From Bacteriovoracia bacterium (GTDB lineage Bacteria > Bdellovibrionota > UBA1018 > JBFWNL01): 64,000 nt of DNA. This document shows, piece by piece, positions 29,340 through 37,037 of this stretch. Position 1 is the stretch's first letter. Each line of letters opens with the position of its first letter. The notes beneath the pieces are model-generated. The model searched no databases. It saw only the letters and a program-made list of their open reading frames with translations, and was not told the origin of the DNA. The position numbers were made by a program, and so were the translations under genes. The stretch is taken from the NCBI GenBank assembly GCA_050251055.1, contig JBFWNL010000004.1, positions 128,001-192,000 on the forward strand. The letters run 5' to 3'.

Positions 29340-29636
29340 ATGAGCAAAAAAAGCAAGAAATTCGACCTGACCGCCTTAGTGCATAACGAACAGCTGACCG
29401 AGGGTCAAAAACTTGTCTTCGTGAGCGACCCCAGCAAGTGGTGCAAGGTCGCTAAACAGCCCAATCACGAATTTAAAGTGACGGACAGCCAAGGTGTGGT
29501 GAAAACCGTGCACCAGTTCGCCATGGAATGCCTGGGCCAGGAACCGCCGGATCACGCCGCGAAATGGCTGCGGACGGAAAGCGGCAAGACTTTGTATGAT
29601 CTCTGGCACGCCGACGATTACGCCGAAGCTGCGTAA
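29340..29636 (+). CDS. Small protein, possible stand-alone RAMA-like domain
   Basis: 98-aa ORF. The pattern LxxLV...LxxGxxLxF...G...W...GKTLxDL resembles RAMA/DUF4357 by eye. Confidence 0.7.
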   Translation: MSKKSKKFDLTALVHNEQLTEGQKLVFVSDPSKWCKVAKQPNHEFKVTDSQGVVKTVHQFAMECLGQEPPDHAAKWLRTESGKTLYDLWHADDYAEAA

Positions 29637-29712
29637 TCGCTAGCGTTTTGCCGACAACCTAGCCTCAGCCCCACCTCGGGGCACACGTGTAAAAAAAAAT
29701 TTTACTTTTTTC

Positions 29713-29739
29713 TCAAGTCCTCTGGGACACGGCCGATCC
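29713..29739 (+). promoter_or_regulatory. Putative sigma28 promoter of flagellin 1
   Basis: TCAA-N15-GCCGATCC about 110 nt upstream of the flagellin ATG. Confidence 0.7.
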
Positions 29740-29846
29740 GTGTAGTGAGCACAGGAATGGTCCTGATTTCAAGACGAAATCAAAAGGACGCCTGAGCCCC
29801 ATAATGGCCGAGGATTGGCCGGAATGGACCTTCAAGGAGGAAGGTT

Positions 29847-30683
29847 ATGGGACTGAGAATAAATACGAACGTGCCCGCGCTTTTAGCTCAGCGCAATTTG
29901 AGCCAAACGCGCCACTCTCTCGATAAATCCCTCGAAAGGTTAAGCTCTGGATCGCGCATCAACCATGCCGGCGACGACGCCGCGGGTTTGGCGATTTCGG
30001 AAAGCCTTCGGGCGCAGATCCGAGGCATCTCCCAAGCCGAGCGCAACGCGCAGGACGGGGTGAGCTTGGTCCAGATCGCCGAAGGCGCGATGGCCGAGGT
30101 CGGTAACATCCTCATCCGGCTGCGGGAACTAGGCGTGCAAGCCGCTTCCGATACCGTCGGACCGCAAGAGCGAAAATTCATGGACGTCGAATTCCAACAG
30201 ATGCTGGAGGAAATCGACCGCATCGCCAACAGCACCAAATTCAACGGAGTCCCGCTGCTGAACGGCGCCGGCTCCACCTTCGAAATTCAGATCGGCACTG
30301 GGAACAACCCCCTGATCGACCGGGTCAGCCTGTTCGATCCGTACAAATCCGACATCAACGTCGTGGCTTTGGGTATTAACTTAGCCACGGTGAACGATAA
30401 GCAGAGCGCCCAAAACAGCTTGGCCGCCATCGACAACGCGCTGAATTCCGTAACTTCGATTCGCGCCGAGTTCGGGGCCATGCAGAACCGCCTGCAGTCC
30501 GTCGTGAACAATATTGGCACCTCGAAGGAAAACCTGTCCGCCGCGAACTCCCGTGTCCGCGACGCCGACATCGCCGTCGAGACCACCGAGTTAACGAAGA
30601 ACAACATTTTGATGCAGTCTGGAATTTCCGTCCTGGGACAAGCGAACTCGTCCATCCAGGCGGCATTGAAGTTGTTGAGCTAG
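29847..30683 (+). CDS. fliC: Flagellin (short, 278 aa)
   Basis: MGLRINTN, ERLSSGSRINHAGDDAAGLAISE, RAEFGAMQNRL and SRVRDAD motifs. Confidence 0.97.
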   Translation: MGLRINTNVPALLAQRNLSQTRHSLDKSLERLSSGSRINHAGDDAAGLAISESLRAQIRGISQAERNAQDGVSLVQIAEGAMAEVGNILIRLRELGVQAASDTVGPQERKFMDVEFQQMLEEIDRIANSTKFNGVPLLNGAGSTFEIQIGTGNNPLIDRVSLFDPYKSDINVVALGINLATVNDKQSAQNSLAAIDNALNSVTSIRAEFGAMQNRLQSVVNNIGTSKENLSAANSRVRDADIAVETTELTKNNILMQSGISVLGQANSSIQAALKLLS

Positions 30684-30780
30684 GAGTGAAGGAGATTAGA
30701 TGAAAGTTTAAACCCCAAACGTAGGCTGTTGCCTGCTTGTTTCCTGGAACGAAGGTTAAGACCCGTTCCGTCGCCGATGC

Positions 30781-31096
30781 GCGGAGTCGCGGAAGCGCCG
30801 GAGCGGGTCCCGAACCCCCGGGAATGGTTTGGGTCGTGCGGAAAAATGTAAACCACGCTCCGGAGCCCCGCGCTTGCGCGACCGGAATGTGACCGCGCGA
30901 AAAAAGGTTTTGCTTGGAAGCATGGGCGGTGCCTTGGCCGGCGCCCCGGTGCGGAGAAGCGAATAAACGGATCCCCGCGGGATGGTCCCGCGGGAATCCC
31001 CGTGCGAAATGCACGAACTGAGCAAGGATGCTGACCCACCGGAGGGAACCGGCGGGATTATCACGGAGGATATTGTATGACCAAGGGAGGCTAGTC
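30781..31096 (+). promoter_or_regulatory. GGA-hairpin-rich leader/intergenic RNA (putative multiple CsrA/RsmA sites)
   Basis: 19 GGA on the + strand versus 5 on the - strand in ~315 nt (hand count). Several sit in hairpin loops. Confidence 0.6.
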
Positions 31097-31933
31097 ATGG
31101 GTTTACGAATAGCAACGAACGTCACGGCGCTGAACGCGCAGAGACAAATGGCGAACACTCGCCGCATGTTGGACAACACGCTCGAAAAACTAGCGAGCGG
31201 CTCGCGCATTAACCACAGCGGCGACGACGCCGCGGGATTGGCGATTTCCGAAAACCTGCGTGCCCATATCCGTGGGATACGACAGGCGAAGCGCAACGGC
31301 ATGGACGGCATCTCGCTGATCCAGGTATCGGAAGGCGGCCTGAACGAGATTTCGAACATGCTCGTGAGACTTCGCGAACTGGCCATCCAAGGCGCTTCGG
31401 ACACGATCGGGGATACCGAGCGTCAGTTCGCCGACCGGGAATTCCAGTCGCTCAAGCAGGAAATCGACCGCATCTCCAACGCGACTTCGTTCAACGGCAC
31501 GCCGCTCTTGAACGGGAAAGCGGGGATCTTCGAGATCCAGGTGGGCATCCACAACAACCCTATCCTCGACCGCATTGTCTACAACGGGGAGAGGGCGGAC
31601 GCCTCACTGGACGCGCTCAAGATGGGCGGCGAATCCATCGCCACCAAGCAGGGCGCGCAGCTGACGCTTGCCGTGATCGACGACGCGCTCATCCGAGTGA
31701 ACAGCATCCGCGCCGATTTGGGCGCCATGCAGAACCGGTTGCAGTCGACGATCAACAACCTGGCGATCTACGACGAGAACCTCTCCACGGCGAACTCGCG
31801 CATCCGCGACACCGACGTGGCCGAGGAAGTCTCCGAGCTGACGAAGAACAACATCTTGATGCAAGCCGGGATCTCGGTGCTCGGACAGGCGAATAACACG
31901 AACTCGAGCGCGATGAAGTTGTTGCAGGCTTAA
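31097..31933 (+). CDS. fliC: Flagellin (short, 278 aa)
   Basis: GGAGG SD before the ATG at 31097 and flagellin N- and C-terminal motifs. Confidence 0.97.
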   Translation: MGLRIATNVTALNAQRQMANTRRMLDNTLEKLASGSRINHSGDDAAGLAISENLRAHIRGIRQAKRNGMDGISLIQVSEGGLNEISNMLVRLRELAIQGASDTIGDTERQFADREFQSLKQEIDRISNATSFNGTPLLNGKAGIFEIQVGIHNNPILDRIVYNGERADASLDALKMGGESIATKQGAQLTLAVIDDALIRVNSIRADLGAMQNRLQSTINNLAIYDENLSTANSRIRDTDVAEEVSELTKNNILMQAGISVLGQANNTNSSAMKLLQA

Positions 31934-31955
31934 GTCAGATATCAGTTTGAAGAGT

Positions 31956-31979
31956 GGGCCCCGGGTAACTCCGGGGCCC
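31956..31979 (+). terminator. GC-rich stem-loop after flagellin 2 (terminator or stabiliser)
   Basis: GGGCCCCGG-GTAACT-CCGGGGCCC. No clear U-tract follows. Confidence 0.5.
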
Positions 31980-32258
31980 CTGTGAATAGGAAAGTGCGGT
32001 AGTGAGTTCTCCGGGTTCCTCCCTTACTTTCGCCAAGCTCGGTGGTCGAGCGAGGCGGGTGCGGGAAACTAGCGGTTCCGGCTAGCGCCGTAGACACGAG
32101 AAGTGTCCGCGGTGGAATGGGGCAAATTCAGCCTGGATCACGGTGCTGGTACCACCGCGATCGTGGAGTAGGGGCTCGAGCTGGTAACGGGAGTTTTATG
32201 GGAAACGCGCGATTAAACGCGCCCGGAAAAGTTATTTGAAGGTTTTCGGGGCAAGCTG

Positions 32259-32424
32259 CCCGGGCGAAGGATCGCCCGGGGATTTCGGCAAGCCCTGGGA
32301 AAAGGCGGGATCTCACCGATTTCCCATGGGTGAGGTTTCGTAACAACTTGGCGGCAAGGAAGCCGGCCGACGCTAGGGATAGCGCCGGTTGACTATGGAG
32401 GGTTGCACTTGAAAGGAGGCAACC
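32259..32424 (+). promoter_or_regulatory. Flagellin 3 leader with GGA-loop hairpins (putative CsrA sites)
   Basis: CCCGGGCG-AAGGAT-CGCCCGGG, CGGC-AAGGAA-GCCG and CGCTA-GGGA-TAGCG, with the SD enclosed in GGTTGC...GCAACC. Confidence 0.65.
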
Positions 32425-33258
32425 ATGGGATTACGCATAAATACGAACATCACTGCGATGAACGCGCAGAGACAGATCGCAGCGACGCGCTTGGGCTTGG
32501 ACAAGACGCTGGAAAAGCTCGCGAGCGGCAGCCGCATTAACCATGCGGGTGACGACGCGGCCGGCCTGGCGATTTCCGAAAACCTACGCGCGCAGATCCG
32601 CGGGATGCGGCAAGCAAAACGCAACGCTCAAGATGGGATATCGCTCATTCAGGTGTCGGAAGGCGGCCTGAACGAAGTCGGCAACATCCTGATCCGTTTG
32701 CGCGAGCTGTCTATCCAGGCGGCTTCGGATACGATCGGCGACACGGAACGGCAGTTCACGGATCGTGAATTCCAGTCCTTGAAGCAGGAAATCGACCGCA
32801 TCACCAACGCCACGAACTACAACGGTACGCCGTTACTCAACGGCAAGGCCGGGATATTCGAGTTCCAGGTCGGGATCTACAACAACCCGATCTTGGACCG
32901 GATCGTATACAATGGCGAACGGGCCGATGCGACGCTCGATGCCCTGAAGATGGGCGGCGAATCCGTCGCGACCAAGCAAGGCGCGCAGCTGAGCTTGAGC
33001 GTGATCGACGACGCCCTCGTCCGGGTCAACAGCATTCGCGCCGATTTGGGCGCCATGCAGAACCGCATGCAGTCGACGATCAACAACCTGGCTATCTACG
33101 ACGAAAACCTCTCGGCCGCGAACTCGCGTATCCGTGATGCGGACGTCGCCGAAGAGACCAGCGAGCTGACCAAGCAAAATATCCTGATGCAATCAGGTAT
33201 TTCGGTCTTGGGTCAAGCCAACAGCACGAATCAGACCGCGTTGAAACTGTTGTCGTAA
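32425..33258 (+). CDS. fliC: Flagellin (short, 277 aa)
   Basis: AGGAGG SD and flagellin motifs. Close paralog of 31097..31933. Confidence 0.97.
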   Translation: MGLRINTNITAMNAQRQIAATRLGLDKTLEKLASGSRINHAGDDAAGLAISENLRAQIRGMRQAKRNAQDGISLIQVSEGGLNEVGNILIRLRELSIQAASDTIGDTERQFTDREFQSLKQEIDRITNATNYNGTPLLNGKAGIFEFQVGIYNNPILDRIVYNGERADATLDALKMGGESVATKQGAQLSLSVIDDALVRVNSIRADLGAMQNRMQSTINNLAIYDENLSAANSRIRDADVAEETSELTKQNILMQSGISVLGQANSTNQTALKLLS

Positions 33259-33311
33259 ACGTAAAGGCAGAAGCTATGGATGCAAGAGCGAGGAGCAGTC
33301 ATCACCGGAAA

Positions 33312-33442
33312 GGCTGAACAGCTGTCATGAATTACAGGGTAAGCGTGGCTATAGATCCGCCCGGGCGTCCCGTAAAAGGGTACAGGGATGTCCGGGCCGA
33401 TAGCCGGCGAGGCCAGGTAAGGGAAATGACGGCTGTTCAGTC
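33312..33442 (+). ncRNA. Unassigned rod-shaped structured RNA downstream of flagellin 3
   Basis: Nested stems whose non-Watson-Crick pairs are all G-U on the + strand (see findings). Confidence 0.5.
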
Positions 33443-33471
33443 CGACGGTAGCGCGGTACAATGTTCGGCAA

Positions 33472-34377
33472 GTGAAGAACTCGAAATGCGTCCTAATCGT
33501 GGGGGGTAGCGGATTCGTCGGCACCCATCTCGCCTTGCGGCTGCGCGAAGAGCATAAGGTATTTTCGACTTATAAGCGGCACCCGTTCACGATCCCGGGC
33601 GTGACCGCCATTCCCCTCGACGCCTTGGATCGCGACCGCACCAAGCGGATCATTTATACCGTTCGGCCCGATGTAATTATCTACGCGGCCGGGAGCAACG
33701 ACGCCGAATGGGTGGAGCGCCACGCGCGTGAAGCCGACCACATCCACGCCGGGGGCTCGGTCAACGTCTCCACCATCGCCGACATCTTCCAACCCAAGTT
33801 CATCCTGCTTTCGAATTCGTACGTTTTCGACGGGCAGCGCGGCAACTATCACGAAGATGACATCGTGCTGCCCACGAATAGCCTGGGCAAGTGCAAGCTC
33901 AACAGTGAAAACTACGTGAAGGGAAAGTCGCTGAACTACGTGCTCTTGCGCTCCAGCCCCGTCTTTGGCCGGGGAAATGGGCTTCGCCATTCCTTCCTCG
34001 ACCGGCTACGCATCACCTTGGGCAAGGGTGACCGCATCGAGCTGAGCAAGCAGGAGCTGCAGTCCTTCGCGCCGGTAAGCGGCCTGGTGGAACTCGTGGC
34101 GCGTTTGGTAAACAGCAACGTGCGCAACAAGGTCATCCATTACGGTGGCCTCAGCAAAATGAGTTACTACGATTTTGCGGTGGAGTTCGCCAAGCGTTTT
34201 AAATTCGACCCGTCCAAGATCGCGCCCACGGTGCTGGCGCCGGGCATGGAAAACTACTTTTTCGATTATTCGCTGAACTCGACCTACGCGGCCACGAACT
34301 TAAAGATCAAGCCCCTTCTCGTGCAGGAGAGCTTTGATCTGTTCGAGCAAGAGCTGGTTGCCGGCTTTGGACTTTGA
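33472..34377 (+). CDS. RmlD-like extended SDR (NDP-sugar reductase family)
   Basis: LIVGGSGFVG, RPDVIIYAAG and SYVFDGQRGNYHEDD motifs. Confidence 0.85.
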   Translation: MKNSKCVLIVGGSGFVGTHLALRLREEHKVFSTYKRHPFTIPGVTAIPLDALDRDRTKRIIYTVRPDVIIYAAGSNDAEWVERHAREADHIHAGGSVNVSTIADIFQPKFILLSNSYVFDGQRGNYHEDDIVLPTNSLGKCKLNSENYVKGKSLNYVLLRSSPVFGRGNGLRHSFLDRLRITLGKGDRIELSKQELQSFAPVSGLVELVARLVNSNVRNKVIHYGGLSKMSYYDFAVEFAKRFKFDPSKIAPTVLAPGMENYFFDYSLNSTYAATNLKIKPLLVQESFDLFEQELVAGFGL

Positions 34378-34905
34378 GGTGTCGCGCGTGGAGCGCACGA
34401 ACTCGGCGAAGTAAAAGCGGGCCAGCTGCGCCGGCTCCACCTTCTCGCCCTGAAAACTCCAAAACACGTTCCGGAACGGGCCCACCTGGGCGATCAAATC
34501 GACGGGAACGTTGCCGTCCGCGGTATCGGCTCCCGCCCCGGGAATCGCTCCTCGCTGATGGCGGGCGAACGACAGGCGAATCAACCCGTGCGACGGGTTC
34601 GTGATCACGAACTTCACCGTATTGCGGAACAGCATGAAGTCGGCCGAAGTATTCGCCATGCTGTAAATTTTGATCTCTTGGAAACGCGCGCCAGCCTCTG
34701 AGTAACCGTTGAAGATCTTGGTGTACTCGGTGAACTGTTCACGTAGCTGGGTCAGGAAGTCGATCGTGCTTTCTTCAACGAGCTGATGGGGGTCATCGCT
34801 CTGGGCGAGCTGCAGGAGCTTGTCGGCTTCGGGGTGAATTTCGCCCCGTGCCAATTCATGGATCCAACCCTGTTGCGATGGCAGAATATCTTTATAACTA
34901 CCCAT
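34300..34905 (-). CDS. Hypothetical protein
   Basis: ~200-aa ORF with host-like codon usage. Upstream sigma70-like TTGACC-N16-CATACT (34965-34938). The 3' end overlaps the convergent SDR gene. Confidence 0.75.
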   Translation of the reverse strand: MGSYKDILPSQQGWIHELARGEIHPEADKLLQLAQSDDPHQLVEESTIDFLTQLREQFTEYTKIFNGYSEAGARFQEIKIYSMANTSADFMLFRNTVKFVITNPSHGLIRLSFARHQRGAIPGAGADTADGNVPVDLIAQVGPFRNVFWSFQGEKVEPAQLARFYFAEFVRSTRDTSKSKAGNQLLLEQIKALLHEKGLDL

Positions 34906-35004
34906 ATCAATCCCCCGGCCCGCAGGCTCCAAGAAACAGTATGGCTAAATGGTCGGGAAGGTCAAGCCGCCGCTCCTGGGGTGCGCCAAAAAAATGGCGC
35001 CCCC

Positions 35005-35727
35005 CTACTTTTTGGGTTTTTCCGCGCGGGGAGCCTCCGAGGCCGAGGGGACGGGAGCCTCGTCGTTTTCGGAGTCGCCTTCCAGAGTCACCGTCCCGTT
35101 GTTTTTCTGAACCGCGGACCTCAGATCTTCGGTGGATCTCACCTCGCCGAACGCCTTGAGGTAATCCGAGATCTGAAACTTCATCACCAATCCCGGCTTT
35201 GCCGCCAGGTCCTCGGTTACGGTTTTTTCCGGTATCACCAACGGCTTCTCCGGCAGGAAAGCCAACAACTCCAGGGAGGACAGTTGATACGCGTTCGAAG
35301 TCGTATTCAGCACCTGGCCTTCGACGCTGATCGAGTATGAAACCGTCTGGCATTGCGGACTCACGATCAAGTCCACCCGGTGATACTCACCGGTGGGTAT
35401 CGACTGCTGATGAAGGCTGTTCCCTTTCAGCCCATCATAAACGGTATGCTGGGCTTCCTTGAAAGCCACGAAAGCAAATCCTTCCGGCGCATCCCCCAGC
35501 ACGGCTTGCACCACGTCTTTGGTCGTCGGCACTAACGCGGGATCGCGACTCAACACGGCCCCGACGAAGCAAAACCCGGTAGCGGTTTTGGCGGAAAGGC
35601 CCAGCTCGGGATTGGCGACCAAGCGCAACTCAATCGGAATGGGATCGGGACGCAAAGTATCTCCTACCTTGGTCGGTGCGCAAGCCGTGCCCACGATCGC
35701 TAGCAGAAGCAAAACCCATCTTCTCAT
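35005..35727 (-). CDS. Hypothetical lipoprotein
   Basis: Start at 35727 (MRRWVLLLLAIVGTA-C lipobox), with an ATGA overlap on the upstream gene's stop. Confidence 0.8.
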   Translation of the reverse strand: MRRWVLLLLAIVGTACAPTKVGDTLRPDPIPIELRLVANPELGLSAKTATGFCFVGAVLSRDPALVPTTKDVVQAVLGDAPEGFAFVAFKEAQHTVYDGLKGNSLHQQSIPTGEYHRVDLIVSPQCQTVSYSISVEGQVLNTTSNAYQLSSLELLAFLPEKPLVIPEKTVTEDLAAKPGLVMKFQISDYLKAFGEVRSTEDLRSAVQKNNGTVTLEGDSENDEAPVPSASEAPRAEKPKK

Positions 35728-36602
35728 AGCAATGTACCCCCGTTGGATCCCGAATCCGTGTCGTTCCCGGGGTCTTTCCGCTCCGCGAGCGGCACCCCGA
35801 AAACGCCGATCTGATAAGTAGCGTCTTTTTCTTGGGCCGAGGAAGCTTGGCCCAGCTCGGCGACCTCTTCGATTGCACGATTTAAGATCGCCTTCACTTT
35901 GTCGAAATCTTTCTTTGCGATGTTTAACGTGTAGGCAGAGAGCGTACGCTCCTGCTTGGTCATGGTATCGAGCGACTCGACCGCCAGGCCCATCATCTGC
36001 GAATAGAACTGGGACATGGAAAGGCGGTAAACCCCACCTTCGCAATCCAATCGTTTTGGCGGCGCGACGGTGCAGGTCTCTTCGTCAACCTGGATGAAAC
36101 CGTGCTGGGTCAGGAAACCAATGGCCTTCTTGACCTCGACCAGGGGCACGGCTTTACGCAGATGTTTTTGGATCCAAACCGCATCCAGCCGAAAATCCGG
36201 CCATTCGGCCATCTCGCGAATCGCGACGTAGTACCATTTGGTGAGATACTGATGGACTTCAATCTCCTTGGGGTTGAGCTTGCGGTACGAATGGTAGCGC
36301 CGAAGTCGCTGATAGGCGCGGCCGCGATCCCCCTGGGTTGGCGCCGTGCCGACTTCCTCCAAGAGGCGGAGGTAACGTTGTTGCTCAATCGTCAGCTGGA
36401 GTTGACCGATCGTTTTGTCGAGCGTCGCTTTCGTCAACCGCCGCTTATTGGCCAGAAGCAGGGAAAGAAACGGGGCCGAAATCCCCGTCCGCAGGCAAAA
36501 CTCTTTGAGCGTGAATGCCTTCTGCTCGCGCGTAAGGTAACGAATCCAGTCGATAAAGAAGGCTTGGTAGTCATGGTAATGAAATACGTTGGGGGGACCC
36601 AT
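35724..36602 (-). CDS. TIGR02147/DUF4423-like protein with an N-terminal XRE-type HTH
   Basis: FHYHDYQAFF...FTLKEFC...SAPFLSLLLANKRRLT, WYYVAIRE, ERTLSAYTL and YQIGVFGVPL. Alternative GTG start at 36653. Confidence 0.82.
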   Translation of the reverse strand: MGPPNVFHYHDYQAFFIDWIRYLTREQKAFTLKEFCLRTGISAPFLSLLLANKRRLTKATLDKTIGQLQLTIEQQRYLRLLEEVGTAPTQGDRGRAYQRLRRYHSYRKLNPKEIEVHQYLTKWYYVAIREMAEWPDFRLDAVWIQKHLRKAVPLVEVKKAIGFLTQHGFIQVDEETCTVAPPKRLDCEGGVYRLSMSQFYSQMMGLAVESLDTMTKQERTLSAYTLNIAKKDFDKVKAILNRAIEEVAELGQASSAQEKDATYQIGVFGVPLAERKDPGNDTDSGSNGGTLL

Positions 36603-36660
36603 TTTCCCCCCCGAAGACACGTCGCTGGCTTTAATCCCCTTACCCTGAATCACTCCTTAT

Positions 36661-36960
36661 AACTGTACTAAAAAGATCAGATTTTGTAAAACTTGGATTA
36701 GAAAATTGATTATTCATACATGATTAAAAAAAACATTTAAAATCATATTCTTAAAAATATATAAATTAAATCAGTTAATATAACAATATAGATAAAAATA
36801 TAATTATTACTAATATCAATAATTTAAAAATTAATATTTTCATTTGAAAATTTTGTATATAAATTTAATAAATTTATTAATTAAAAAAATATATTAGTTT
36901 TAATTAGTTATAAAAAATTTTTTTATATAAATTTTCAAATATAAAAAAAATCCTTGAAAA
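36661..36960. other. Extremely AT-rich intergenic tract
   Basis: 16 G/C in 36721-36950 (230 nt, ~7% GC by hand count) in a ~60% GC background. Confidence 0.95.
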
Positions 36961-37037
36961 AAGACTCGTCGCGTCATAACCTGAACCCGTACCAAATTTG
37001 ATTAATTTGATCTGTTTTATGAGTAGGGGTTTTTGGG

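Noticed and set aside
30376-31404. 342-aa minus-strand ORF across the flagellins
   Set aside because: Antisense shadow of two conserved flagellins and a GC-rich spacer, with no protein-like motifs.
29847-33258. Multiple short flagellins as a novelty in themselves
   Set aside because: Several ~277-aa flagellin paralogs are established for Bdellovibrio-type sheathed flagella; only their non-coding context is notable.
36661-36960. AT-rich tract as oriC or a CRISPR leader
   Set aside because: No TTATCCACA-type DnaA boxes, no dnaA/gidA/parAB nearby, and no repeat-spacer array or cas genes.
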